Origin: Phoronis australis
Lineage: Eukaryota > Animalia > Phoronida
Reading direction: 5' to 3'
DNA: 64,000 nucleotides
Assembly (NCBI GenBank): GCA_002633005.1
Contig: NMRA01000102.1
Span: forward strand, 940,880-1,004,879
Both the position numbers and the translations under genes were made by a program. The notes beneath the pieces were generated by a model. It had not been told where the DNA came from. It saw nothing but the letters and a program-made list of their open reading frames with translations, and made no database searches. Below, in pieces: positions 27,412 through 40,600 of the stretch (the first letter of the stretch is position 1; each line of letters starts with the position of its first letter).

Positions 27412-29995
27412 AGTAGAAAGAATATTGTCACGGCGTGACAATAATGGATTCTGGGAAGTTACTGACAGCAACCAGTTTACCAATATGACAAGGAATTTTT
27501 TAAAATTGTAGGAGAAATTACATGTTAATATTTTGATGACCTTTCCACTAATTGATTTCTTCCGGTGCATTATGAACCCCGATCAGGGAATAATTGTAAA
27601 CTCTATTTAAAGTGTGGTTAATGCTAAGAATCACAGATGTTATACTTTATGCACTTCAGAATAGAATATGAATGAATTGGTCAAACTTTCAGAAGAAAAA
27701 TGGACCTGATGACCCCATGGGTGCACCAAATGACCAGAAAGTTTAGAATTCAAGCTCAATCGCATTTAGTAAACAGATACATAATATTAAAGTCTCTAGC
27801 TAAAAAATTAGTTTGCACTGAATGACCTTTGACCTATTTTTTTCTGATTGGATACGCCTATTGCGTAGTAAAGTATTGTGTTCAATGGGCATGTTGACTT
27901 AAACCAGTGTGCTGAAATTGAAAAGAATTCATAAAAAACGTAAGACATAATATTTTAAGCATTAGGTGACCTTTGCACTAATTGACCCTATCCGGTGGAT
28001 TATAAGCGTCTTTAGGAGAATTTTTGCAAAGCCCATGGAAAATGTGTTTAATGCTGAGAATCACAGTTGTCTAACAGTTGACACATCAGAATACTTTATG
28101 AACGAAGAGGTCAAATTTTCAGAAGAAAAATGCACCTAATGTAATTTTTAAATTGCCTTATTGACTTATACCTGTGAAAAGAATAGCTTTTAAAACAAAG
28201 AAGGAGTAGCATTTTGAAAATGATATGACCTTTGCACCAAATGACCTCTTCCGGGCAATATGGAAAACGATTATATAACGAATCAAAATTTATGTACTGT
28301 CAAAGCGGATATGCTGAATTTAAAGAACGTAGCTGCACCCATATTGGAGTTATTAAGCCTCAAAGTTGGTCGGAAGAAGAATAAGAAGAACTAGAAAGAT
28401 TATTGTCACGGCGTGGCAATAACAGACTCTGCACGTGCATATTACTGGAGTTATTATGGGAAGTTACGACAGCAACCCGTTTGGCAATATGAAAAGGAAT
28501 TCTTTAAAATTGTAGGAGAAAGTACATATTAATTTTTTGATGACCTTTCCACTAATTGACCCCTTCCGTTGCATTATGAGACCCGATGAGGGAGTAGTTG
28601 TTAACTCGATTAAAAGTGTGGTTAATGCTAATAATCACAGATGTTTTACTTTAAGCACTTCAGAATACAAGATGAATGAAGTGGTCAAATTTTCAGAAGA
28701 AATATGCACCTAAAGACCCCATGGGTGCACCAAGTGACCTGAAACTCAATCGCACTTAGTAAACAGATATGTAATTCTGAAGTCTCTAGCTCAAAATTTT
28801 AGTTTACACTCGAAGACCTTTGACCTATTTTTTCTGATTGGTTAGGCCTATTGCGAAGTAAAAATAAGATATTCAATTGGCATGTTGACTTACACCAGTG
28901 TGCTGAAATTGAAAAGAATTACTTGAAAAACTTAAGAGACATTTTGAACGTTACATGACCTTTGCAATTATTCACCCTATGCGGTGCATTATACATGTAA
29001 GCGTCTTTAGGAGAAATATTGCAAAGCCCATGGAAAATGTGTTTAACGCTGAGAATCACAGTTGTTTAACGGTTGACACATCACGATACTTGCTCATTGA
29101 AAAGGTCAAATTTTCAGAAGAAAAAGGCACTTAATGACCCCATGTTTGCACTAAATGACCTGACTCTTTGGATTCATATTTGATTTACCTGTGGCAATCA
29201 GACCTGTCAATTTCGATTGGCATGGTGACTTACACCAGTGTGCTGAACTTGAAAATAATTCCTTGAAAAATGGATGGGATATAACATTTTGAACGTTAGC
29301 TGACCTTTGCGCTAATTGACCCTATCCGGTTTTTTATAAGCATCTTGAGGAGAATTATCGCAAAGCCTGTGAAAAGTTTGTTTAATGCTGAGAATCACAG
29401 GTGTCTAACGGTTGACACATCAGAATTCTTGGTGAACGAAAACGACGAATTTTCAGACGAAAAATGCACCTAATGACCCCATGGTTGCACTAAATGACCT
29501 GAAACATTGTATTTCGAATTGAATTAGACGTACCAATCAGACTTGTGAATTTGAAGTGTCTAGCTCAAAATTTTAGTTTGCACTCAATGGCCTTTGACCT
29601 ATTTTCTCTGATTGGGGGACCCTATTGCTTAGTAAAATATTGTATTTCATTGGCATGTAGGTTTACACCTATGTGCTAGAATTGAAGAGTATTCCTTGAA
29701 AAATATAGGAAAAATAACATTTTCAATAGTATGTGACCTTTGCAATTATTGACCCTATCTACTGCATTACAAGCCCTTTTAGTAGAACTAACTGTAAAGT
29801 CAGTGAAAAGTATATTCATTGCTGAGAATCAGAGTTGTCTAATGGTTGACCCATCAGAATACTTAGTGAATGAAAAGGACACCTTTTCTGAAGAAAAATG
29901 CACCTAATGACCCCATGGTTGCACTAAATGACCTGAAACTTTGGATTTCGAATTGAGTTACCTGTGCCAATCAGACTTGTGAATTTGAATAATCT
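27412..29995. repeat. Complex tandem array: head-to-tail units (27412, 28392) each starting with a palindrome, with internal ~345-435-bp subrepeats; possibly a Helentron/HINE-type non-autonomous element
   Basis: TAGAAAGA.TATTGTCACGGCGTG(A/G)CAATAA occurs twice; TGACCTTT(G/C)CACTAATTGA-like motifs at ~27537, 27967, 28541, 28956, 29301, 29735; AAG-rich tract before unit 2. Confidence 0.7.
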
Positions 29996-30000
29996 ATATC

Positions 30001-30150
30001 AAACGAGACACAAGTCCATTGAAAAACCAGGAACTACCAAATTCGGTGAATGCACAATTCTTACATGTAGCTCCGAACGTACCCCGTGAAAAATTGCAAA
30101 AGCTCCACATTCTCAAAAATTTGAGCCCACCTCTTTTTAGGCTGGGTGCT
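30001..30150 (-). repeat. Dispersed repeat; inverted homolog of 49982-50105
   Basis: cacccagcctaaaa..tttttgagaatg..gggtacgttc..ttgtgcattc.c.gaattt.gg.agttcctg shared. Confidence 0.7.
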
Positions 30151-30750
30151 CGCATTCTCTTCAAGGATTCAAACAATTGAGCTAATTTCTCTCTCCTGGA
30201 TTCACTGGACCTTCTCGTCATTTTTCCACCAACTCTCCGATTTTGTAATTATTGCAGATATATTTTTGCCTTGTCCAAATCTTGGTCGTTCCACAAATAA
30301 ATGGACTAGTGTGATAGATATCATATATGTTGAAAATTCAAATAAAAGAAACCTTTTTGCATAAAGTAAGTCAAAATAATGATACAAAGAGATGAAAAAG
30401 AGGAAGCTCTAATTAAATAAGAGGAAATCAAAACCGAAAAATAGAAAATCCTCTTAAAGGAATAAAATTCCAAGCCCTGCCATTGGAATGCCGCACGCTG
30501 AACTATGAGCATACAACATTGCTCAAGGGTTCATGTTAAACCATTAAGAAGGGAAATTTACATCTTTAAGTGAGTATTTATCAAATTTATTGTACAATAC
30601 AACAATGTTGTAACACAAAGGAATTAAACGAACAATCTGCAAACTCTCTAAGGAGTCACATACGTCGTTAAAGCCTGGAAAATAAATCTGAAACTAAATA
30701 AGGCGATCCGGATCCTTCCAAGGATACTATTGTTTCACGAAATGTAGAAA

Positions 30751-30969
30751 ATAAATAGGTAAATAAAACAACAAGAATGGATCAACTGAAATTTTCGGAT
30801 GTAATAACGTCCTTTGTCAACAGAAACAGAAATAAAGTAAAATCAAACGCAAACGTCAATTGTCATATAGTGTTTGATTTTACTTTATTTCTGTTTCTGT
30901 TGACAAAGGACGTTATTACATCCGAATATTTCTGTTGATCCATTCTTGTTGTTTTATTTACCTGTTTAT
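30751..30969. repeat. Near-perfect inverted repeat (~100-bp arms, 19-nt loop)
   Basis: Arm 30751-30850 is the reverse complement of 30870-30969 with about 4 mismatches. Confidence 0.92.
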
Positions 30970-31506
30970 ATCGTAAAACCAAGGATTTAAAATTTATCGT
31001 GCAGCAACATCAGAAATAAAATCCCTCTAAACTAACGCGCGGTCAATTCTGACAGGGGTTGAACTCCGATCAAAAGATTTTACTCCACCTTCGTGAACGC
31101 AACAAAATCAAGATCGTCCGCAATTTAACGAGTCTGGTTTCAACAACACACATTTGAAAGAAGCACTGACATCACATTGCAGTAAACAATATGCGATACA
31201 AGACACAGAATATAATACATATTTTTCTCATCTACATGTGCACATCTTTACGAGTTTCCATAATAGTTAGAAAAAAATAAAAACAAAACTAGAATACCAA
31301 CTACCTAAGCTTGAAGAATCTTTAACTAGGCACCATATATATGAGCGTCTCGTTAATAGAGACTGATATAATTTGAGTCACATCGGATCGTCGTTGTTAT
31401 ACGATTTGTTTTTTTTTATTCTGCTCGCAACCAAACAGAGACTACTTAACTCCAGAGAAAATTCATTGCCGAACGCAATCCCATTCTGCGACATGAAAGC
31501 ACGATG

Positions 31507-32840
31507 TTATGCAAATAAGAGGTAATAAATTGCAACACTAGATGTCACCACGAACCCAACTGGACCAGCGATTACATGACTGGCTCCGTTGCACTTCTCT
31601 CCAGAGCAGACGCACAGAATACCGGAAGTTCCTCCCATACCGTATTCCTGACATTTATTTTCGCCAACAGAGACTCCGCAAGAACGAGTAACGACGGTTT
31701 TTTCTGAAACATCGTTAAGTTCATGAGCGAATACAGTCAAGACAGCAACACATTGAGTGTACTGTACTGCGGAGAGTTATTGGTCACAAAATGTAATAGT
31801 TGAAATTCATTTGCATATAAAATATCTATTTCTAAATAGTGACAGCATCGATGTTGAACAATAAAACATTTAATTTGAGCCTCATTAAATTCGAAAAGTA
31901 TACATGTTCATTTGATAGCGAGGCTGACACCTCGACTTTGTATTGACCATATTGCCAGGAATCATGATTTAATACTAAAATCCCAAACAAAAACAAAAAT
32001 TGTTTTATAGTTATGGCCAAGGCTAAACAATTCAAAAATCCACTCCACCCCAAAGCCAAAAACAAAAACAACATATTTTTTCGGCTATTAATCCTGACCG
32101 ATTGTGTCTTTGAAAGAATAGATCACCCAGGTTAGACGTGATTGGATTTCGTAAAAATGTTTTACACTGTATCTGCGATTTCAACGGGAAGGATTGACTA
32201 TGCCCCGAAATAAGACCGCTATGGTAGACGTCATGATAAAAAATCAAGGTCACATATTTTGAGTAGTTAACTTCAAAAACATGAATGTAATTTACAGAAC
32301 TAGTCATTCTCTGAGTGCTTGGCTAATCTTCCGCCACAAGTTGTTTTTTGTCGGAACGGGTGGTTTTAGTGCCCCTATGGACAATTCGTTGTTTACACAG
32401 GGCTTTTCAATAAGGAGCTGTAGGTCGCACTGGCAAATCTTGAAAATGCAAACAGAAATCATGGCCAACTCGTATAAGTCGCACTTCTGCAGATTGGGCA
32501 TTCCAGCTCCCCGTGATCTATGCGTGCGATTTGAATTTCGGAATTACAAGCTGGGATTATGGCCAGGTCGCAAATTTACGACCTGGAAAGTTGCATACTG
32601 TCGAGGGCTGTTTCCGCCTCAGACCCGGAAACCTAAATACTTCTTCGGGAACAGGCACAGCAATCGTTGTTAGCAAATAATCTGAGCAGCATATAGAAGC
32701 AAACTCACCATCATGGCTGGCTGTGAACTTGTAGCACGCGTTCAACGTTACGGCACATTCGACTTTGGTCTTGTTAGACGTAAAGGGGTCCGTGCAGCCT
32801 TTATCATTCAGTGATATGCAGGTGTAGCACTCCAGGGCAT
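31507..32840 (-). CDS. Ly6/uPAR three-finger (quiver/sleepless-like) GPI-anchored protein, exons 2-3 (32709-32840; 31507-31703); signal-peptide exon not located
   Basis: Canonical AG/GT phase-1 junctions join ALECYTCISLNDKGCTDPF..ECAVTLNACYKFTASHD and EKTVVTRSC..KCQ..LCVCSGEKCNGAS plus a hydrophobic tail; 10-Cys LU pattern; no stops. Confidence 0.88.
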
Positions 32841-34089
32841 CTAAAATAGAACTAACAGATATTAGCTTCTTTTTGGCCTCAAGCGCTCACATTTCTTTAA
32901 GCAATCGGAAAATATTCGAGTTCCTGGTTTCACCGACTTCCTTACTTAGAAATTCCTGTGAGTTGACCAATGTTGATAGTTGACGTTTTCTTCTGTAGCT
33001 AACGAAGGTTCCTGAGAGTACATAAATATCCTTCGTTTAGGTAGTTTTGTTATTGTTTTGTATATAGTGATTGTTATCATGTGATCAAATAAACGTAATT
33101 AACAGTATGCAAATTTGCACAGATGATGTTTGTGAATGGATGGCCGGAATGATGGTCTCCTTGAACAACCCATTAAATTGTTTTTTGGCTCTCGACAACA
33201 ACTTTTAGTTACTCAATCGTCAGAATGTAGATGACGCCTTCTGATCTCAGCTCAGAACTGTTGCACGCGGCACTTGAGACAGCACTGTCGGCTACAACTA
33301 CAACCAGTAGCTGGTTTTTTTTAAATGCACCTCGCAGAATATATTTAAGTACATTTTAGTCACTATAAAGGCTGTATTCCGATGATAATATATCCATTAA
33401 TTTAAATTCTTGAAAAGAAAAAATGTATCGGTGAATACGGCGAATTTCAAAAAGTATCAACATAAAGTAGCCTATTCATGTCCATGAATAAATTTAGATA
33501 ACTAGAAGATGGCACATATTCATGGAAGCTTCAAGGTTCATCACCAGTGGAAAAGAAGCGAAAGATTTTATGAAACTAAAAGGCCTAACTTGATTTGCAT
33601 CTTAAGCAAGTCAAACTGAGCGAAATGCAGCATCAACGAGATTTGAATTTACGAGGAAGCCAAGCCTGAAGATTAGACCTCTGCCGAGATACATGTATTA
33701 CAATGATAGGCGACATAGCCATCGTGGCCAACCATAGAGGCATGCAGAACTTCAGTCCACCCTATATAAACAATCTCAGGCATCTGTTTGGCATTATGCT
33801 CCAGCTTGGCTTCGACCGGACAATAACTAGTAATATCGTTGGCCGTTCAGATGAAAATGTAGCGTGTAATTCGGCTCGTAAGTACGACCGAGATTTCTCT
33901 CGTGTTTCAAGTGTCGCGCGCAATTACAAACGTGATTTTGATGATGTATTAGGACCGAATTTTTTCTCCCGTATTTACGCTCGCAATTACGATCGGGATT
34001 ACGCTCGTAATTACGAGCGTAAATATTTAACTTTGCAGAAATTTAAATTTAAGCCAATCAGTGTTAACCTACATACACGAAAAACAAAT

Positions 34090-37000
34090 ATGGCTGCAAA
34101 TGGAAGATGTGGAAATTTTCTGCTGAATGTCCGGCAAATTGTAAACGACATGTGTCGACGAATTTGTGCGCCTACCGTGGAAACAGGTGTCCGCCATTAT
34201 GTAACTCAAAGGTAAGTTACTTTCTGTATGGTGGGGCCGGGATGCTGGGAAACTTACGATACCCACACATTCAGAGCGTCAAAGCATTCCCACGTGACAT
34301 ATCCCATTAACAGAGGTGTCAACCGATTTTTAAAATGTGGTCGGAATATTTTTGTCTTATTTTCCAGGAAACTGAAGTTTATGAGAAATAACGTGGTGAT
34401 TTTTCAAGGATCCATATCAAAAGGCCGGAATGAAAAATATTTAAAAATTACATTTGTCAGAATGCTGTCTGCCGCTTTTCCGTACATGTCGTTTCTTAAA
34501 AATTGTGACACTACAAAAATCCAACCTAAAGGATTTTTTCACAGTTCACCCTGTTAGAACAAATAATTAGGAACGGCCATTTTCATTTCCATTGGGTCCA
34601 ACATTAGTCAACATAAGAATGTTTAAAGTCCATTTTGGTGAGATAGTAACTGGCCAAACAGTACATGTACTTAAGGAGACCGAAAAACTGATCAGGGCTA
34701 TGAAATCACATGAAAACACTTTAAAAATTTAGTCTGTTAGACCGAACAACTATGAATAGCTAGTTCCCTCTTTTACTTTAATTGGCCCAAGGATATGAAT
34801 TTTTAATTCCATTTTTGTGAGAAGTATAGCTCGACTTGACGAAAATGATATGATCACTTTAGAACTTATGCATGCGTACGAGGTCGACAGGCAGCCGAAA
34901 TGCCCATTACTATGTCCATCTATCTGTTGACGGCTCTACACGAAATGTTCTCATATTTCAGATGTGACCAATTGATAAATAATGTGCTTAGGGCAAGGGC
35001 AGTCTGTGTACGGAGAGGGAGTCCGAGCCTATTACTGGTTTCATGAGACAAAAACTTTACTGGAAAGTAATAACACAGGTACAACCACCTTTTAAAACAG
35101 ATCAGTGACGCACTTGAAACCATCTCTGCATGTAACTAGGCCCACGCGTCTATATTCAAAAGTAATGTATTCTTTTTCTTTTGCATATTGACAGAATCAC
35201 CTATGCTTCAATATGCAGGCGCAGGCAGCTATTTGCATTTGTTTTCTGAGAAAATGTATAACTGTAATTTTCTATATGGTATTTGGAGAACTAACTGGTT
35301 TAAGTTTAATGCATGTTACGGTTTTGGTCTTGGGAAAATTAAATGTCTGGTCTCGGGTTATCTGTAGTTCTATCTGTATACACAACACCATGGATGTGTA
35401 TTGGAAAAATGGAAAGGTTCAAAGAAGACCATATCGAAAGAACAACTCTTGTTTTTGACTGAAGTAAAGATGACCAGCCAAGTCATAGTGAATTGCCTTG
35501 GTGTGACAGTCGACAAAGTAGTCAAGACCTAGGTAACTCATAGTTGGGAATGCAGCATGCTATTTGTGACCTTGGTCAAACGAGAGACAAACAGAGCAGA
35601 AACCGAGAACAGTAGAAACATTAAAAGTATGAAACTGATTTTTACAGTGTAAATTAAGCTCGAACTAAACTGATCACCAATCTTTGGTGTTTGATTCCGC
35701 TTCTCCGAGATGCAACGGTATGATTCGTAGGTTTACCTAGAGAAACTGTAATCTACGTGCATGATATCGGACAAAAAAACTTGGAAATGAAGTTTTTTTC
35801 ATTTGATGGACATGCATATCAACTGTTAGAAAACAGGCTTTATGCTCTTAGTGAGAAAATTTGGTATAGATCTGAAATCATTTATCAACAGTCATTTCTT
35901 GTGTTACATGCCCTGTAATGAAACTGCCATGTCATTAAATATTTAGGCCTGTTGTTGTTACTATTAATTAGCTACATGTAATTGTTGTGTTATTATAGTA
36001 GCGCAAGTTTCATCGTTGTTGGGTCCCATTTAGGCACGGTACATGCACCTGGAAATAGCGCACAATGATACACGCCTCTGGAAATTACAAAGGTTGGGCC
36101 GATACTTGTGGTGCCAAATGTTGTCATGGACATTTTTCTTCAACATCTCTTACAGAGTATTCAGCGACAGAAAATGATCATTTTGCCAGCTATAGTTTCA
36201 ATTGCATTTCAGAGAACATGATATTCGTAAAAGAACCCCCAGTACAATTGAATACTGAAAGGGCAATGCTTATATGATGAGACGAATAACACGGCAAACA
36301 CAAATAAATTCATAGTTACAATATGTTGTTAAGACCAACATGGCATTGTTAATAGCTTGTCTCTATCAGAGTCTATTACTTACAACTTGAGTAAACGTGA
36401 TGTCCTGACAAGGCAATGGAATGGTTGCAAGGTGCAAATCAAAGTGTTTTAACAGGCTTGATTCTTTGGATTCTGACACCAGTGATTTGCCTTTATTAAT
36501 CATGACGCCATTGCAGGCATTGAAATCTAAACTACAGTCATATCTGTTATTCCTTTTACCACTGACACGTGTGACCATGATGTCTGGTGTTGCAATGGGC
36601 AGATACATAGATGACAAGAACACTTTTATCGATTCAGGTATGGCTGCCCTTTAAGAAAAAGAGTAGAGCTTGGAGGCGAAAATAACGCAGTTTGCAGTTT
36701 AATGGAATAAATCAGAGAGACGAACAGAGGGGTGCACTACGAGACCTGTTTGTTCACAATCAGCCTATTGAAAGGTTATGGGTGGACCCAAGGACTGGCG
36801 TTACCAATGGGTTTTATGACTTGCACTACTACTTAGAAAGTACGCAGATACTCAGTGTTGACAATAATAATCACCGATGGGCTCTTCAATATATATATCC
36901 CTCCCTATGATGAATGAGCAGATAAAAGATTTCACTGAGCAGTAGCTTGCGTTCTGAGGGAACGACTACACCTATGCAGCTATTTATTCAAGGTGCAGTG

Positions 37001-37240
37001 GCAAACGTTCATTCCAACCTCACTGCAGTTAATGACATGTTCAACCCTGCCTATTAACAAGCTGTGAATGAAGCTCTGATGGAAAAAGCGCAGCACCTAG
37101 TGCAAGTGGACACTCCCTCGACAGTTTTTCCCATTTCCGATGATGATCTGCAGATTATGATTGGAACCAACAATCCAAGTGAGAGTTCCTTTGACAATAG
37201 TGTATTAATGAACTCTCATAACTCGCTAAACAACTAAGAA
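34090..37240 (+). pseudogene. Spliced IS3-family/integrase-core DDE transposase remnant
   Basis: Exon 1 from ATG 34090 to the donor GTAAGT at 34212; HTH-like ISKEQLLFLTEVKMTSQVIVNCLGV (~35430-35510); YGCPLRKRVELGGEN, HNQPIERLWVD, HRWALQYIYP and LRSEGTTTPMQLF (36640-37000) match the recalled PSRVRSDxGGEN / HNQRIERLWRD consensus. Confidence 0.8.
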
Positions 37241-37687
37241 CCAGTTGGAGACAGGGAGTTGTTCCTCATGAGTGTTCAAACATGACAACAAATACATTCC
37301 TGTTGTACTGACTATGGTGGCTTTGTTTCTACTACCTCAGAGTTTGTCACCTCGCATATTAATGTGTAGCTCTCTGTGAGGAGATTTGCATCCCTCAGGT
37401 ACTCCACGGACCTGTATATACATGTACACTGTACTCATACAACCATAGGGCTGCTATTTAATACCTAACAGCAACAAACATATCAGCGAAGTCTATATAA
37501 TGTTAAGACGCAATGCACGTGATTGTTCATAAAATCACACATATCTACAAGAAAACAAAAGTTATCGACCAAAATTCTTGATATCTACTTGACACAAAAT
37601 GGACAAATACCAATGCGTTTAACTGCCTTCTAAGGGCCACTAGGAGCAAGAGTCGAATCAGCTCCAAAACCAGAAGAACAAATTATT

Positions 37688-40600
37688 TACTGCAGGCTAA
37701 ACTCCTAACACATGTCGATGGTATTCTCACAATTCACCATGAAAGCGTCCAAGGTAATTCCAATTGGTAACTTAACAGTTAATGCACATGTACCCACCTG
37801 CAGGAATTCACCTCAATTCTTCTTTGATTTATTTCACACATGAATTCCTTGTGCAAAAATTCAATTGTCACATGAGGGTCATGTAGAATCGGTGGCACTG
37901 TATCAGAGGCAGTAACGAATCTCATCATTATGTGTAGTTTCCGTTTTTCTGCAGTTGAATCATAATTTTCACTCTCAAATTGTGCTTAATGGAATTTCGA
38001 GCACCGTTCCGCATGGTTTATGATCCAGCTGATCTGATTGTTTGAGTAGAAAGACTTTCATAGGTCAAAGCCCAGGAGCACAGTTAATGTCCTAATGATT
38101 TTAGACATTCAGGCTGTTCTCCCTGGTTTGTTTCCATATGCATTCGTGAACTTTATTTCACATCATTTTACTGTACCTCACAATGAGTACACTGCTAAAA
38201 TTATCGTTCCATACCTTCCTTTAAACTTAGGAAATTCCCCCGATTTTCTTCATGGAATTTATTGCTGTCGAGTTCACTTCCAATCGAAGACTGACACAGT
38301 CAACTTTTTACACTCATAGAGGAAAAGAGGTGTCAAATTTATGTTGCGGTAAGATTTGAACCCATGGCCATCACACCATCCATACCAGCGATGAACCCGA
38401 AAAAACAGCGCAATCATAAAACTTCTCTACACGGTGTGTGAAAAGGCCGAAACAGTGACTTTAACAGCATTTTATGTATCAATGCAATTACTTAGTTCTG
38501 TGAAACAAGCCCTGATTACATGTTATTGGTTAAAGGTTGATGTTAAAGATGCTATGTCTAATTTAAACAAGATTCTCTACTGAGCAAGAAACACACTGCT
38601 AATAAATGTCTTTTGTCCTGTCCACGCAGACGAGTTGAGCTTTTGCCGACGAAATCTCTGCTCTGTCTCTGTGCAAGTGGGCTTGGTACTGAACACCTGC
38701 ACACTGATGTGACCAGGTCCCAACAGTCTTCAACAGCACTGGGGAACTCTTCAATTGCGATGTCCTCTATCTGAAAAAACATGTAAATTTAAAGTCATAT
38801 ATTTTTGTCAAATGCTATAGAAATATATCACGTTATGCTGCAATGAACGATCACAGGAATATTGCTGCTTGTTTCCAGTGACATTCCAGTGGCCTTCTGA
38901 AACCACAAGTCAAATAACTATATAATGCTGCAGGCACACAAGGTCGACGGTGTTATGATGAGGTGCTTTCGTGAACACAGTGACTGCGTACATGTATGTT
39001 TCAAATATTCACCGACAATTTGAATTTTACGGGTTTATATTTGTATTCAACGACGAGTAAAATGGAGAAAAAAAACGTAAAATAGACAGAAAACAAGTTA
39101 GTGGAATGCACTGATAATATAATCAAAACTTGTAAATCCACTGTAAGATTAAAATAATCACCTTTCTCACCCCGTTTCTCAAATCATAATCCATAATGTT
39201 TGCTGCAATTACTGACTTTTCTTCTTGATGGAGAAGCTTAATGGCAAGTGGACCAAAGATCTTGGGGAGAGTACTACCAACCAAAACAGAATACGCCAGA
39301 AGTTTTCCCACGCCATTATGTTGTCGGTTCCTCAAAGCTGGAAATGGTTATGGAAATATTTAAAAGACATTTGCATATAACTCCAATGCATCTCACACTT
39401 GTAATTCCCTAAACTCGATAACTGAGATAAGAATGTGTTAATTTCCGAAAAGTCACCAAAATGTGAAATATGTAGTCTATGGTAAATATATCATAATAAC
39501 ACGACTTTCTATAGAGCAGCAACAGTACTCAATCCCTCTGTACTCACCATCACCATTACGTCATAACCCTTTATTAGACTCATTTCCTTCGAAAATGGTG
39601 CCATCTTGTGCAATTTCACCCATCAGTAGGCGGAAGAACTCTTTAGTGAGTCCACCATCATCCATTCAGGGTCCTTCGAATAAAATCAGTGAAGATTGAC
39701 TGCCATTTTTAATCTGCCGTCCGCTAAATTCCTCCAAATGAAAAGTAGGTCACAACTGGTGAGAGTTCCTGAGATATGTAGGTTTTTATGATCTTCTAAT
39801 GAAATATTTTGTTTAATAAACTCAGGTTCATACATATAGCTAGAGTATACATGCTTCTTGTATGTCCTAGACAAGAAGTTAGATTCAGTATGTTTAGGGT
39901 TGTGCCTACCTTCTGATGAACTTCGCATTTTTGTTGTTTCATTGCATAAATGTGGCAATATGTCAATTAGCAGATGGAAAGATAACTCGATTTCATATTC
40001 TGAGAACCACCTTAGCAGACGAACTAACCAACACCTTACGAATGAAATGTTTGTACAAACATGACAATTGCATTTCACTGAAATGATTTTCAAAAGGAGT
40101 ACTTACCCTGGTTTCAGTCCTAAATGAAATATCGACGTCACCCTCCACAGTATTGTATATTCCAGGAGGTGCGAATTATGCTTGTGGAGTTTGCTTGAAT
40201 TTAAAAGAGATCGCTAAACACGAGAAGGTATAACTTTACATCCAATCATTTTTATGTACAAGTATGGTTTTACAGCTACACAATACGGTAGTGGTTAAGA
40301 GATGAATTGTCTCACCACTCGATCTCGTTTTACCCATTACATTTAGTAAATCCAAATGACAACCTTCAAATTAACTCATCATTTTCAAGAAGTCACAAAA
40401 TCACCCAACGAGTCCTCAAAGAGAAAAGAATCAACTGCCAGTTGATTACACATTTACCTTGATCAACTGTCAACGTTCCACAACACCAACTCTGAAAACA
40501 ATCGGTTATCAATGTGCTTCCAAGGCATTCATTGAGATTTATTTTGGTATAATATACATTTTATCTAATTGTAAAAAATAACAAAGAACGCAAAAGCAGA

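Noticed and set aside
33860-34025. CRISPR-like short repeats and the RNYDRDYARNY peptide repeat
   Set aside because: Irregular spacing, no unique spacers, eukaryotic context; these are transposon subterminal repeats
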